A DNA stretch of 64,000 nt, taken from contig OZ320317.1 of NCBI GenBank assembly GCA_976226885.1, forward strand, positions 40,858,001-40,922,000. Direction: 5' to 3'. The notes below the pieces were generated by a model that saw only the letters and a program-made list of their open reading frames with translations, had not been told where the DNA came from and searched no databases. Shown here piece by piece: positions 47,136 through 61,049 of this stretch. The DNA comes from Iphione sp. A-MEVVRFRX5. Taxonomy: Eukaryota. Position 1 is the first letter of the stretch. Each line of letters begins with the position of its first letter. The translations under genes and the position numbers were made by a program.

Positions 47136-49289
47136 CACTAGAAGGTTTAAGAATTAATGATTGCCCCCTTAAGGTATTTGATGTCCTGTCAATATTAGCA
47201 ACCACAAACCCCATCATCTACTACACTGCCTACTGCACTACTCCACTGCAAACAATAGCTTACTATTACTACTATTATCCCTTTCCAACAGTACAAACCA
47301 CCACCACCCTTCACCATGCGCTATTACCAACGCTACCAACAGGACCATCAGCCGAGGTTAACCACTATTGTTGTCACCCCCGCACACACACTACACACAC
47401 AACACCAACTATTGCCACAGACAGCTGCATTACAATTAAGACCGTCACCGCAAAATAACTGCGGGTCTCCAATACCAAAAACATATACCTTTACACCCAA
47501 ACATTACCCGCTGGCATCCGCCATCCAGCAACATAAACGAACAGCACCCACCATCCACCAATATCCACAATCGCCTGCATTACTAGCTACTTCAACCACG
47601 CCCGAACTATCATCTGTTACCAGTCACCGTATACCACCACTGGCCACCAGAGCCATCCCCTCGACCACCACCCCACCCCCCAGCACCCACTCTCCCGCGG
47701 CCCTCCCTGCTCGAGGCGAACAGCCTATGAGGGAAGTAATAACGGCGACGGTCGCGGCTCGACCCCGGCTGACGGGCTCACGTCGCAACAAATGAGCTAA
47801 TCGATCATTTACCGATCGTCCTTCCCACCCAACCTCCTCCGCCCTTGGCCACCGTCCTCTGCAAGACGATTGCCTGGCGGGGGCGGACGGGTCAGGGGCG
47901 GGAGGTGGGGCGGCACAAATCAAGCCGCCGCTTTGCTCGGTCATGGGGATCCGGCGGCACTCTGAGAAGAAGACCTCGACACGGACATTGGAGCAAGTAA
48001 AAGTGATAGAAAAGGGGATGAGAGTGGACAAGAGGGACGAAAATCTACTGAAAACAAGTTTCCATTATTAACATCATAATGCGTTGATGCCGAATACACA
48101 TTTTATATTATTAACACTTTCCAAAAGCTGACATTAATCGTCATAACAGTATACTCAAGATTGTACACTGAAAACTTTTATCTTTTCCTATTAACATTAA
48201 TTAATTGCTTCTAAGCCTACAGATATGTGAAACGTTTTATCAATTTAAACACACAAGGGAAAATATTTAAACTAAGTAATTGTTCTTGGAATTTAGAGGG
48301 ATAAGAAATATAAACAAAGTGACAGGTGGAGTGGCCGAGGGCAGTGAAGAATAAGCTGGAATTTTCAGGGGATGATAGATGTGTCGAGAATACGGAAAGA
48401 TTAAAGACTCCAGGATGGAAGAAGATACTGGTGAGATGGGCATTACAGATAGCCGAGTAGACGTGGAACATAGCAATGGACGTAGGGGAATAGAGAAGTT
48501 GACGGAGAAGGAAATGAGATGTAATACAAAGAAGAGATAGAAACATAGCCTAAACTCAACGAAGGAAGAAAATCTAGTGTACGGAAGATACAGGATTAGA
48601 AGGACAGCCGTGCAGAAAGTCCAGACTATTAGGTATGCATGCGATGAGAGACGAAGACCGGGTGAGACGACAACAACCAGCGGTGCGGATATTTGACATA
48701 ATTTTACCCTAGACACAACCCCTATCTGGCGGCACGCACAACGAAAGACGGCAGCCTTATGCCCAGAATACTGATGGTTCCTAGGGCAAGACAGAAGACT
48801 GGCAGCTGCATACTAACCAACTAACGGTTATACTGGCATCTCTGAGTGCACTCTGCAAAGACGCATACTGCGTACAAATGTAGCGTTGATGCTTAAGGGG
48901 CAGGATTAGCGGACAGAACAAGTGAAGGGGTATCTATATCTGCGAAAGTTTTCACAAGACCACTTTTCAAAAGAGGGCTTGTGACCAGAAGGCTTGTCAC
49001 AAGCTCTGGAAGACTTCCAAATGACTCCCGTAAGGATGAAACCAGCACCATAGTTTACATATATATATATCAGTTGTTTGCAATGTTGATTAGCTTTTGT
49101 GAATGATTTTTTATTTGAGAATAACTGTTACTGTTCTTATTAGTACATCCCACGAGTGAGTGTGTACCGACACTTCGTCCAATATCAAGCAAAGCGTCGA
49201 CATATGTCCTGCCAGTTGTAAAGGGACAATCATAGAGATCACTGTCTACTTCAGTGCAACACAAATACAATTCACAGGAGGATGAATAA

Positions 49290-49720
49290 AGAATCCTACA
49301 AGCGTTTCAATAAAATGTCTTTGGCTTTATTTGTTCCTTTAAACAAGTGCAATTAGGTCATGTAAGCTTTCGAGCCACCTGGACCTTCGTCAGACACAGT
49401 GTGCTTGGATTTGGCCCTTGGGCACCCTTATATAGACAATCTAGAAACAGGTTCACAGCAAATATGAGATTTGAATCGATTGGTGATTAATGAATAAAGT
49501 ACAGTTAATAATCTGAAAATGTAGTTAAGGAGTGATAAGACTTGGAGTGTCCTTGTACGTGCTTGAAATGTCTTTGGCAAGTTATTGGATTGAAACACTA
49601 GTTAAGAAACCAGCAAAATGTCCATGCAAAAAATCGTGAGTGAAAAAAATCGATCACAGTCTGTGTAGATATACAGGCCATCAGGGCCAATGTACTTGGA
49701 TTGCCATATCACAATCCTGG
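49290..49720 (-). mobile_element. Penelope-like element 3' end / pseudo-LTR remnant
   Basis: WQSKYIGPDGLYIYTD..FF (WI..L.T..P.GLN...D pattern), followed by a hammerhead-like core and AATAAA. Confidence 0.55.
49359..49398 (-). ncRNA. Minimal type-I hammerhead ribozyme-like motif
   Basis: tgtgt-CTGACGA-aggtcc aggt ggctc-GAAA-gctt-acatg; palindromic AAGCTT in helix III; one mismatch in helix II. Confidence 0.55.
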
Positions 49721-52700
49721 AGTAATCACAGGCAATGAGAGAAAAGTCCTTGAATCAGAAACATATAAACAATAAATTCACCGAGTAAATAGAAAGGATA
49801 AACTATTAATTTATGTTAAAAAAATAATTATATATCACAGGCGGGTCACTGGTTTTTGTTGTGTACGTTGACTCTAAACTTCATCATTACTAACATGCAA
49901 ATGTCGAAGTACAAGTCCTCATTGACCAACCTAGTGACGTTGAGTAGAGATTGGAGTGTTGCTGGTGGTTTGTCGTAGGGTGGTGTCTCTCGCTGCTCGA
50001 TTGCTTTTGGGAGGACACAACTCAAGGAGCTCACATTACTAATTCCGCTGGTCTAGGTACTCCTGTCGATGGTCAGTGGGGGCGGACTTGACTGGGTACT
50101 GCTGTCGGTGGTACCGTAGTCGGGGTCGATCAGTCGAACTTCTGAGATCAGTGACCCACCATAGGTCAGCTCCTTACATGATGATTAAGGTGCCTTGTAC
50201 CCACTCGTGTAGGGGCATGTTACATGTTTGGCAATTCACAGGAGGGTAATCGGCGACAGCCATCAGTGTCACGATCATTCATTCCGCAAGCATCCATTAA
50301 ATGCTTTCACATATACACGAAACCCTGGATGGTTCGAAGCATAACTGGCTCGTGTCACCGTTGAACTGTTACATTGGTTATTTTTTTCAAAATGTAAAGC
50401 TTAAACTTTACTTCTGGTGAGTGGAATAACCTCATCTTCAGCTCATCAATATGCCAGATATAGATGCAGTGGGACCTGCAAGCTAATCTGCGTATAGTAT
50501 ATAATTGCGTTGTAGTACTAATTAGCAAATGTCTCAGTTCGTTATGGCACGACAGCGCATCCAAGGATAAAGTATTTCTTTCCGGCACATCTTACAAATA
50601 GTGAATATATTTAGTTGTGATAAGAGTCTTGTAATTTGCATGGTTAGTACTTGATAATTGCCACTAAAATATAGGCACTTGGCTGATAAGTTATTCATCC
50701 TCGGAACAATAAGAGAATAATGAACATCAGGGACTTTCTGACAATACGAACTTTTGAAAAAAAAATTACCAATTTCGACCATGCGGTGCCGTTTGGAAAA
50801 ACATTTTCATTGGAAACGAGTAATGTCGCGATTGCTGTGGTAGATTTGCATTTATTCAGTGACAGAGACAACTGTTATGAATAATTTTTACCGTGTAATA
50901 TCTACAGCGTTCAATATTTTCTGGGTATTTTCTGGGTGAAGTCATGTTACAGAGGAGATTCAGTGGTTTAGTGCATTATATTCTGAAATTATAAACAGTG
51001 ATGAATCAGATGAAATTCTTGCTTTAAATACCGTTTATTATATTACGTCTTATAAATATTTATATAGCACGTATTTAACAATTGCTTTGCTATTATTTAC
51101 AGTACAGTTATCGGCGCTGTCAAACACTTCCACTTTACTTACAAGTAAAACATACAAAGTATATAGAAATGTGCGTTGTGAATATATTTCGTCCGTGCAC
51201 TCTGTGCACAATTTGAGATCCATGTTGGTCAAAAGTAACCGGCCATTTTATACCAGCACCTGGATGTAGTAAAAAATAAACACCTGCATACATTCTGTAC
51301 GAGTTATATCAGTTCCAGTCTTCATTGATAGGGGCCTAACATGGTTAATCGCACTGACCAAAACCAAACGCAGAAGTTTTATTTGGAATTTGGCCTATAA
51401 CATGAGGAAAACCAGACATCTTATATCATCGCCCATGTGAATCAATCTACGCAAAGCCTATCTCTACAGTAACTACATTGCCCCGTTCATCTGCGGTATC
51501 AACACCTCAAAAAAGAGATAAATCAAAATAATGCACATTATATTTTCCGAAATCCGAACGAAATAGCCAGAAACGGGGATCTTTCAGTTTTCGAGTATTG
51601 ACTGTATGTACATGTATTAAGTTCATTCTTTACCATCATTACAAGCAGATCTTGTCTATGAAATCATCGGTGTTGATCACAGGATCACATTTTTGTACTG
51701 ATACACCTATTGTGCATTAACAAAATTTAGGTAAAATTAAAAGGAGAAGAGGCAGCAGAGTACGCCTAAAATAGAACAGAGTAAACTCGGCAAAAGTTTC
51801 ACACCATCCCGTCAGTATCAGCATTAAATGGAATAATTTGCCGATACAATGTAAGGTTGGCTCCTTCAGGGAGAGAATAGACAAATGGATGAAAACCTTG
51901 TTACTACTGGGTATTTTCCTGGCACGTGTACCATGTGCCGTAATATCGATTGTATCGCTTGTATAGGGGGAGTGCTCTTCCAGTGACTATAATTATCTTT
52001 AAAAAAGCTTTTCTAATGAGATGGTGTAGACGATAGAAATCGTTGTCACTATCACTATTGGTGAATAGATTATGTACATGTGATCACTTATGAGCCAATT
52101 AGAGTATTCTTTGGCTGGTAGACTGTTACAAGAACTGGCTGACCTGCATATTAAGACATTGGTCCTATTATAACTACAAAGAAATACAGAATAATGCATT
52201 AACAATCTCTACTGGATAAGTTTTGGTATCTGCTATTTCATTTAAGAGTTCAAACAGGTATGTACTTGTATATTATAGTCCATATTACTTCTATCCTCAA
52301 GCCGTGAAGAACTATCCCTACAGTGATATGGGAAAATCCATCATGGCATTGGTACATATGACTATACATGTACATGTATATTATTTCCCAAACTGTGGGA
52401 AGTATTCTCAATATAGTCATCGTAACCTACCTATGCTCTACCTTCACAGCCTCAGATAAGAGGTAATATGCACCTGGACAGGTGGACGTATGTATACATG
52501 CCTGTGTCCCCTGGGGCAACCCTTCTTGTCCACGACAGACAACGAGATATTTGATGAGCCGCTATTGCTTCAAGGAAGTGGAAAGTATCGTGAAGGTGGT
52601 AGAATGCGCGAAGGCAGCCATTGTGATGAAAGGTCAACTAAGTACCTGCTTTTAAGATGAATGTAGCCTCAGGCCTTGATGCTGTCATTTGCCTGATCAT

Positions 52701-53463
52701 AAAAGGCTTAGTACCTAAAGAAAAATAACCTTAATGTGGTGTGCTTAGTGGAGTGTTCTGTTAGAGAGAACAACTTTTGGTGTGATCGGATTGCTGTGGT
52801 CGGAAGCCGCCCACGAAATGACTCCCCGCTTGGCTTTGGTAAATATATATGGCTTTGATAAAACTCTGCACAATAATAATGTCTTTTTTCTGTCACCATA
52901 AATACGCATGGGAGATCACAAAGATAATACCGTCAGGCCAAAAGGTAGGAATATGAAGAGCCTTTCGGAACATCCTATCCATGTGGGAATTGCACGAGAA
53001 CAGCTGCACACGCTCTTTTTCTTCAGTTACGGAGAACAAATATTTGGAGTGACACTGCTGCCGAAGTTATAGCTGAGGATTTACAGGCTCGGTGTCACAT
53101 GGCAAAAAAGACGCGACTGACTACGTGGAAATACCGATATCCCGCATTTGGTATTCTCCAATATCGAGGCGCTGTAAAGAGAAGCAAAACCCGTCAAATC
53201 TTGCAGCTATCTACGTCTTAATTGATGGCAAACAGTTTTGCTATTAGCCTAATAAGACCGTTTACTCGTAAATATCTCTCTATATGGTTGAATAATTACA
53301 CAACTACATAATAGGGTTACACATCAAGAGACCTTTATTACATTAAAAGTTAAACAAAGCAACTGTTGACACGTTACGTCATGTATTCTAAGCTCAATTG
53401 GCTGCTTGGCAAACCTGCAGGGTCGCTAGGTGAATCAACAACCCATATAACTGCATGGATGTA

Positions 53464-53774
53464 CAGTCAATACTCAAAAACCAATTGATCACCATTTCAG
53501 GTTATTCCGTTCGGATTTTGGAAATTCGGATATCGAATTCATCCAAATATTCGCAAAACTAAGCCAAATTCGTCTGAAAATCGACAAAAACCAGCCAAAG
53601 TCATCCGGAAATTGACAAAAAAACAGACAAATGTGGCTGAAAACTGTTCGGATTTCGGATAGAACTGGTCGGTTATATGAATATCTTAACACAGAAAAAA
53701 CATTGGTACCAGTCAATTTTGTTCGGAGTTCGAAAAATTCCGTTTTTGAGTGTTCGGTTTTGGAGTATCCTCTG
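53464..53774. mobile_element. Degenerate pogo-like MITE with TTCGGA-rich interior
   Basis: cagtcaatactcaaaaacc vs ggttttggagtatcctctg (15/19 inverted match); TA on the left only. Confidence 0.45.
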
Positions 53775-56481
53775 GACTATCTATGCAACGTATATACATG
53801 TGATACAATACATGCATTGGTGACATCATCACAAAAGTGGAGTGGGGAATAAATCAGCAAAGCCTTTACTGCAAGTAAAAATGAAGTTCAAGCGAGTGAG
53901 GTGGTTGTGAATGGAACATAACGATGTCATGGTAGTTCCCAAGGGAAGTAGCCAAGTAACCAGTATTGTTGATACACAATATATCCAATAAATGTACTAT
54001 TTATCATTGCACATATTTATATACACAATGTTTACATAAAATATTGTTGAAAAGTTGTGATGGTTATAGTTACCATAAATCTATTAAAAGGTCCATTTGA
54101 ACAAGCTGAAGACAATATTATTAATGTGACAGATTTCAAATTACATAATTTTTACGTATCAGTAATACTTTAGACAAGAAGAACGTTTGCAATTTGTGTC
54201 AGTCTACTTTATTCAAAAAGTAAAACAGGTACTACAATGGAAAGCACTTAATTCAGATATGAGCCTGACAATTATTGTTATGGATAGAGTTGCACTACAT
54301 AACACCGTACCAATGTTCTAAACCACTGAATTTGATATATCAAAGGAAACATAGGGACCGGGCATGCTCCTTTGTCCGATAAGCGTAGGAACTGAGGGCA
54401 CCAAGGGGCATTTTCGTAAAATTAAATGTAAATTTTCACCTATGAGTACATTATTTGTCAGGGACTGAGATGGACATTTTTTTCTCTCAAAGGTACAGCT
54501 TAAATGTATCAACTTTATAAGAAAAACGATTAAACGGTGAAGTGGATATTAACCTAGATATTGATGGATTTAAATTATGTTTGAACAGAAATTTAAATAA
54601 GAAGGGAGGTAATGTTGCTGTCTGAACAGAGATGATTACGCAGTTGATGTAGAATCAAAAAGTAATATAGCATGCAATAATATTAGCAACTATGGTATAT
54701 TATGCAATGCACGAAAGATGACAGTCTTAGGTTTATTATGTACAATCCATCACATCGGAGCCGCCTCAATTTCTGTGGCATGCACAAAGGCTTTGTGAAA
54801 ATCAGCTACTAGTACTCAAGACCGATAATACCTGTTAGGGCGACATGAAAATAAAACGAACTTCACTTTCTAAATGTTGTTCCAGACAAGTTTCAATCTG
54901 CCACTTAGCAGGGTTCTAAATCAGTACCAGACAAAGCCCTTACGAGTAAAATCGTTGAAAATGGATTTTCAAGTAATATTTATACTGGTTTCCTGCCATG
55001 GAAATCCTGTTAGACTTTAATAGGACATAAATTGTATAAAAACTAATCTGACTCGAATAACGAAATGTTTTATGGGATTCTTCTATTTGGTATTTTAAAA
55101 AGCATTTCGCCTTAGTTTCTCCTAGTATTTTTTGGATAAGGGAAGAGGTGTTGGGACTCTTTCACAACTAGTGAAGGTAATGCAGGGCTATCTGGGCAAC
55201 AGACATTAGTTTATATAGGGAACATTATAGAACCAAGAGCTCTAAAACTCAACAAGATTGAAGGTTGCACAACTGTGATCTGGGATAAACAATACAATAA
55301 GAAAATTTACATTAAAATGTTCATTTTAAAATTCAACTGATTGTATAAAATGGGTCGCGATTACCAATCCCCTGTCGTAGGTGTTGAATTAGCACGATAT
55401 CTGGCTTTGTTGAGAATATCGTAAAGTAGTCAGCAGACAGGATCATTAATATGCCTTTATCCTTCGGAGGTTACCGACAGTAATGATTTTTCTGCAATAC
55501 ATGTTACAGGGAGATATTTTACTCAAAAATGCTTTGAAACAACCAATATGTGGGCGAAAATTTAGTTATAAACAGCAATGGTGTCAGATACCTGCCTGAT
55601 GCCTGAAGTTTCATCTCTGATCACTATCTTCTGTTCTTCTTCGGATTTTGCCAGGTACAATCTAATGTATTGGATAGCTTCTCGTAGGTTTGGGGAAATT
55701 AACATTTATAAACAAAAACGGTAAAATAAGTCCGAAACATATTGCTAAGGAGAAAACGAAATGAGGATGTTTTTAATCAGAAGATTCTGATTAATCACGA
55801 GCTTTATACCTGATTCTGTTTGCAAGTGAGCATCATTTTGTGCAACACAGGTCGTCGCGCAGCCAACTGATCGCCGGCTGCATTCACCTCCCTCTGTTAT
55901 TCTCGACGTGCGGCGGCCATTCATCAAAGCTTGGTGTTGTGGCGGCGTGCGTTGAACGAGGACAGTTTCCTGAGTAATTTATGCCATCGTTTGTATTTGG
56001 AGAGTCAACCGATCCTTTTCATAGAATTCTAAGGGTGTGAATTGGTCCAGAAATGACGTGGCCAGATCCGTACAGAGTAATAAAATCAGCAGTCAAATAA
56101 CAATAGTAATAACAATAACGGTGGTTCTTTCTCCCCATCTATTACAGTCAAATCTGTATGTAAGGCATGTCCTCACCAGCCTCCCCAGCCACTGACACCA
56201 TAAAAGGACACCCATTCGAACGGAATTGACAAACAGAGAATGGATTGGGGAGATTTATTGATGTACGGGGAATTTATATATAACACTCCTCCTGCATATT
56301 TGACAGGAATTTTATATCAGACAGAGCCGCCAGTTTTGCTGGAAAATGGGCTCTTACTAACAAAGGGGGACGGAAAAACTCGAATTGACTGGGCGATGTG
56401 TCTGGTTCACCCAGGATGAGTCCACAACAGGCAGACAATTTGTCTGGGTGTGATTTGTTACATGTGTGATGCCCTCATGAT

Positions 56482-56691
56482 AAGCTTGAAACATGTGTAT
56501 TAGACATAAAATCCGTATCACTAGAGATTTAAAGCTTAACTTGTTAAAATTTACTGAGCGCCATGTTTCAATTTTTCATGGTAATCTATTTAAGCTTGAG
56601 ACTGTATTTGACACAAAATCGGTATCACTAGAGATTAAAAGATTAATTTAAGACTTGATGAGCGACCTTCTTCAGTTTTTCACGGTAATCT
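56482..56691. repeat. Diverged 110-bp tandem duplication
   Basis: aagcttga...aaaatc.gtatcactagagatt...ggtaatct occurs twice, at 56482 and 56592. Confidence 0.8.
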
Positions 56692-57229
56692 TTCCTTTCT
56701 AGTCTCCAGATTTCGTGATGGGCGGAGCACTTCGACTCACTTCGACCCAATTTAAGCAAACAGCCTTTGATGTCTGTTACCCAGGAATTACATCTACATC
56801 TGATTTGCTGTTTCAGATCTCACACATTTACGTACTATTAATCTTAAGATGCATTTGTAGCACATTAATACTCTTTGTGTCTTTTCTGTGGTGTTGCTTG
56901 TTGGTAATGTAGAACGATATTCTAGAAAGAGGATTGCCATGAGTTTTGTCGGTATCACTCGATCTATAAGTGTGATTAACAAAGTAGATTTATGAAATAT
57001 TTTATTTCGGCTGTCTGGTTAGGATTTCTGTGTATTCGCATATAGATATTTTCAGAATGGGAATGGAATCTTTCTTCATCTTAACTTCAGAACAATATTG
57101 CATAGGACAGTATCCGATGCACAAAACAGCTTTTGACTGATAGATTAATCCTGAGCCTCTTTGCATCTGGTCAGTTCATCATTATTGATATGGCCTTATA
57201 TGATTAACATAGACTGGATTTCCTCACAT

Positions 57230-57725
57230 GCATGTTTTCATGAGTGTGTTAGCATGTTTTGTTTTTAGTATATAGACAGACAGTAGGAGTGGTTTCCTAG
57301 AGGTATGTTTTCATGCCAGTGCTTTGACCAGGAAGGTTCTTGATTTCCATAGGAGCACGGCCATGTTTTCCCAAGTAGTATAAAAAAAAGTGAGCTTGAG
57401 AAAATCATGTTAGGTATATACCCTGCAAAACCAACATATCTTCACATATTTCTGCACATTTGTTCATCAGTTTTGCTAGTTTTCATTCGGCTTTGAAGTT
57501 ATTTTGGTACATTTACTTCTGTTTTGCCATTTTCAGTGTTTTTTTGCCAAATTTACATCCATTTTATTGGTTTTTCTGCAAAATTAGCATGAGGTTTACC
57601 ATTTCTCAGCCAACTTTGGCATTTTCTCACCTGCAGAAACGCACTGTACATGATACATTCCCATCATAAAATCATGACGGCACAACTGTGGAAACAGCCA
57701 TGTTTCCACAGCCATGAAAACATGC
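57230..57725. repeat. 13-bp inverted repeat pair with an 11-bp hairpin near the right end; probable decayed MITE
   Basis: gcatgttttcatg (57230) / catgaaaacatgc (57713); ctgtggaaaca-gcca-tgtttccacag at 57686-57711. Confidence 0.4.
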
Positions 57726-59199
57726 CCCCAAAGAACTTTCGCTTTTCTTTATATCGGTTCTATGTTGAAATGACCATTTCTGGTGATGGTTCTGCCTAAT
57801 ATCGACCTTTCATTAACATTCATCTTAAAGTCGTGATTCAGTGAAAACTTTGAATTCGTTTGTACATTGTTGCAAGCGTTAAAGAATACGTTCCAATCTC
57901 GTATAGTTCAACGATATTCTCTTGTATAAAGTCTTACGTGACGAAGATGTTCTTATACATAGCATAGAAAACCTCTAATTTTTTCACTGTAATGTTTGTA
58001 TGTAAAAAACAAAAAAAGCCTACCTATTGACCCTACCATATTTCAACATGTTACCCAAGCATAGATCTTATTTCTAGGCATAATTACTGTTGTAGCATTA
58101 TTTTTTGACCTTATCACACAAATCAGCGATTGGGCAACTGAGACAGGTTCTGTTGAGAGACTTATTTGAGTGTATCCCTATTAGAGCCATGTCCATATTA
58201 GAGATGTGTCTCCACAATGGCGTTTCACCGTATGGGAGCGCCTTAGTTTGATATTTACATGAAATATCCCTTGCAATATAAGGTATTTATTTCGGCGTTC
58301 GTAATACTGGTAATTGTTCATTTATGTGTATTTCGAATAGGATTTTACACAATCACCATAACTGCTTCATCCGCTTTCTGAGAAACGTTGCTGCATATGG
58401 TGTATCTTATCCCAATCACACCTTTCGTAATACACAATGAAACATGCAGACTACATAACTAATCATCTTACAACATAGAATGTGCATGTATGCCTTTAAT
58501 CATCATAATTATATTCTGCACATCTTTTTTTATTGTCAGCAAAACATCCCTCTTTTTAGCGACAGATGCCCTTTGGGTTTGTGTACACTGCGACTGAAAC
58601 CTCAGACGTAAACTTTAAAGATGGTAACGGTAGGCATGAGAATGTCTCCCCACTAGATAATGATACAGCAATAATCACACCTGAATGAGATATTCTCGCC
58701 ATCCTCTTCATCGTGTTTTCCTTTAATAGACTTTAGACCGAAAGTACCTCAATCAGCTCGAGTATTCTTCGCCTGTTTTGGCGGACTACAGATTTTCTCC
58801 CTCGGAGGAAACGATTCACCTATGTCATATGAATGTTAGCTTCGGACACGCTGTTCAAAATCACCTGAGTTAAGCATGAGGTAGGGCCATTTCTTTCGGA
58901 TAGTCTCTGTACTTGCCCTCATGGAAAGTTAGGTTGACGTGGGAAATATTCTGACTGATCGAGTCTAAAAACATTTTCCGCCGTGACAAAGGTAAACATA
59001 ATATTAGATCAAGAGCTGGAGAATTATATATCTCATATATATCTTGTTATACACTTCAAATAGGCATAGTAACTATGAATTTATTATCCTTGTATGTTCT
59101 ACCATTTGGTAAATGATCAATATTCACCTTTCAAGCCTTCCTTCATTATCGCCTTCCCACAAGCGTGGCTTTGAGCGGTCAGCATAAGCATATAGCAAG

Positions 59200-59900
59200 A
59201 GTTGCAATATGGTAAAGTTTTAGTCTTAAATGAATTGCTTTTGGGAACAGTATGAAAGATGAAGAAACTAATGAAGTAAAATCAATTTCCTTAACAGCCT
59301 TCTTCCCCTCATCTGTCAATATGCCAGGTACCGCATACCCTGACGAATGACTCTCTGCATTACTCCTTCCAGGACGGCGTAATAGTAAGGGGTTATAATG
59401 CTCTAAGTTGGTCAGGTCTTAGCATGTATCTAAGGATCAATCCTGAAGTCGCCGCCCGTAAGAAGCGGGGCACTTTGCCTGTCGGAAGCAGCTAAATGTG
59501 AGGTGATTTATCAAAGTGCAGCAGACGGTTGAGATGAGTTATCACCCTGGGCTAAAGCTGGCTTCATATAACGGTTGCTTCCCCGGACCGTTCGTGGTGC
59601 GATTTACATGCCGCTGCACATTTATATCTAGGTCCGCACAATGGTGAGGAATGGCAGCCATGTCTGTCAGATGAACATTCATCCACCGATTCCTTCCCTT
59701 TATCTCCTTATGCGTATCCCGCTGATGCCCACTCTGAAGGCCTCTAGAGGTGGCTAGTGAACCGACTAGCGATGTACAAAACCTTCTCTGAGCTGCAGTA
59801 ATGCGAGACATTAATAATTGATGCCTAGAAACTCGTCTGCTATTCTGTCTGAAGCTTGACCATTGTATAAAATCAGACAATGAAGTTTGGTACCGAATGC
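59200..59900 (-). pseudogene. Decayed LINE APE endonuclease
   Basis: LALLQLRE, RIRR*REGIGG, LLTGGDFRID. Confidence 0.4.
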
Positions 59901-61049
59901 CCGATCAATCTTATGCTGTACAGATCAATATGGAAAAACTCGCTTGGTATACATTTTCATCTATTAATGCATCGTTTATACTTACACTGTGAAAGTTCCT
60001 CGTGGAACACATGCAATTAAGCCATCGCTGCGAGGTAAACAGAATATTTTCTAAATTTAAAGCCAACGTTCGACAGTTCATCATATTATATGTAATGTGG
60101 TAGATATTATTGGACATCAGACAGAGGTGAATTGAGCTTTAAACCATTTTACCTTTTTGTGTGCGATATAGCATTTCTTGAATTTTTATGTGGACATATA
60201 CATTTGATATTATGATATATTTTGGGAGAGAGACGATATTCCCCTCGACCATTTCAGAGCCGCCACCGAGTACCCCAAGGGTTCAAATCGTTATTAAAAT
60301 GATCCAAATCTCACCAACACTCAGTATCCTGCATGGTGTGAAATAAAGTTTTAGTTCCAAATGATATTGAACGTTTGAAGTTGTCCCTGCTGATGCTGAG
60401 GAGTTCCATATCTACATATTTATCATTGAATACGTTATCTGGAGAACACTGCTTGTGTCTAGCAGGCTCAGATAAAGCAGTTCTACGTAGAAGTATTCAG
60501 AGTATATTTCTCAGATCAAGAGTCAAAAAGAGGCTAAATGCAGGAAAAACTGTAAAGGATCATGCAATCCGTGACATTGTAACATATGCACGCTGTCCTT
60601 AAAAAGAGTTCCGGGTTTCTTCCGAACTATTGGTTTATTTTACTATAAACTAATATCATGCTAATGAGAGAAAGTTTTTACCTTGAGATGATACATTTGG
60701 TATAACTATTTGGACATTTGTTTATTGGCCGATTCACATGTAGATATAATAGTTTCAGAAACCTTCGTTATCTAACAACATTTACGATGGTTTGATTAAT
60801 ATCACTGGTTTGAAACTGTTTGGTTTGTTTGACACCATACTGATAATGGGGGCCTGATTAATCCGATACTGTCCGTGAAAAATGATGCTTGGGTATTGGT
60901 AACTGTAGTTTGATATATCATGCTTAGCTGTAGGGTTCAATACAAGAGATACTTTGTAATATTATACATCAATTAAAAGCCCTTGAAGTCTTTTGATGCC
61001 TAATCTTTCTCTCTATGTGATCCCAAACATTTTGTTACAGCCTGTAAGT

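Noticed and set aside
47316-48031. GC-rich opposite-strand ORFs (159 and 135 aa)
   Set aside because: Pro/Thr/Ser-rich with no domain; possibly a TE ORF1 remnant but not supportable
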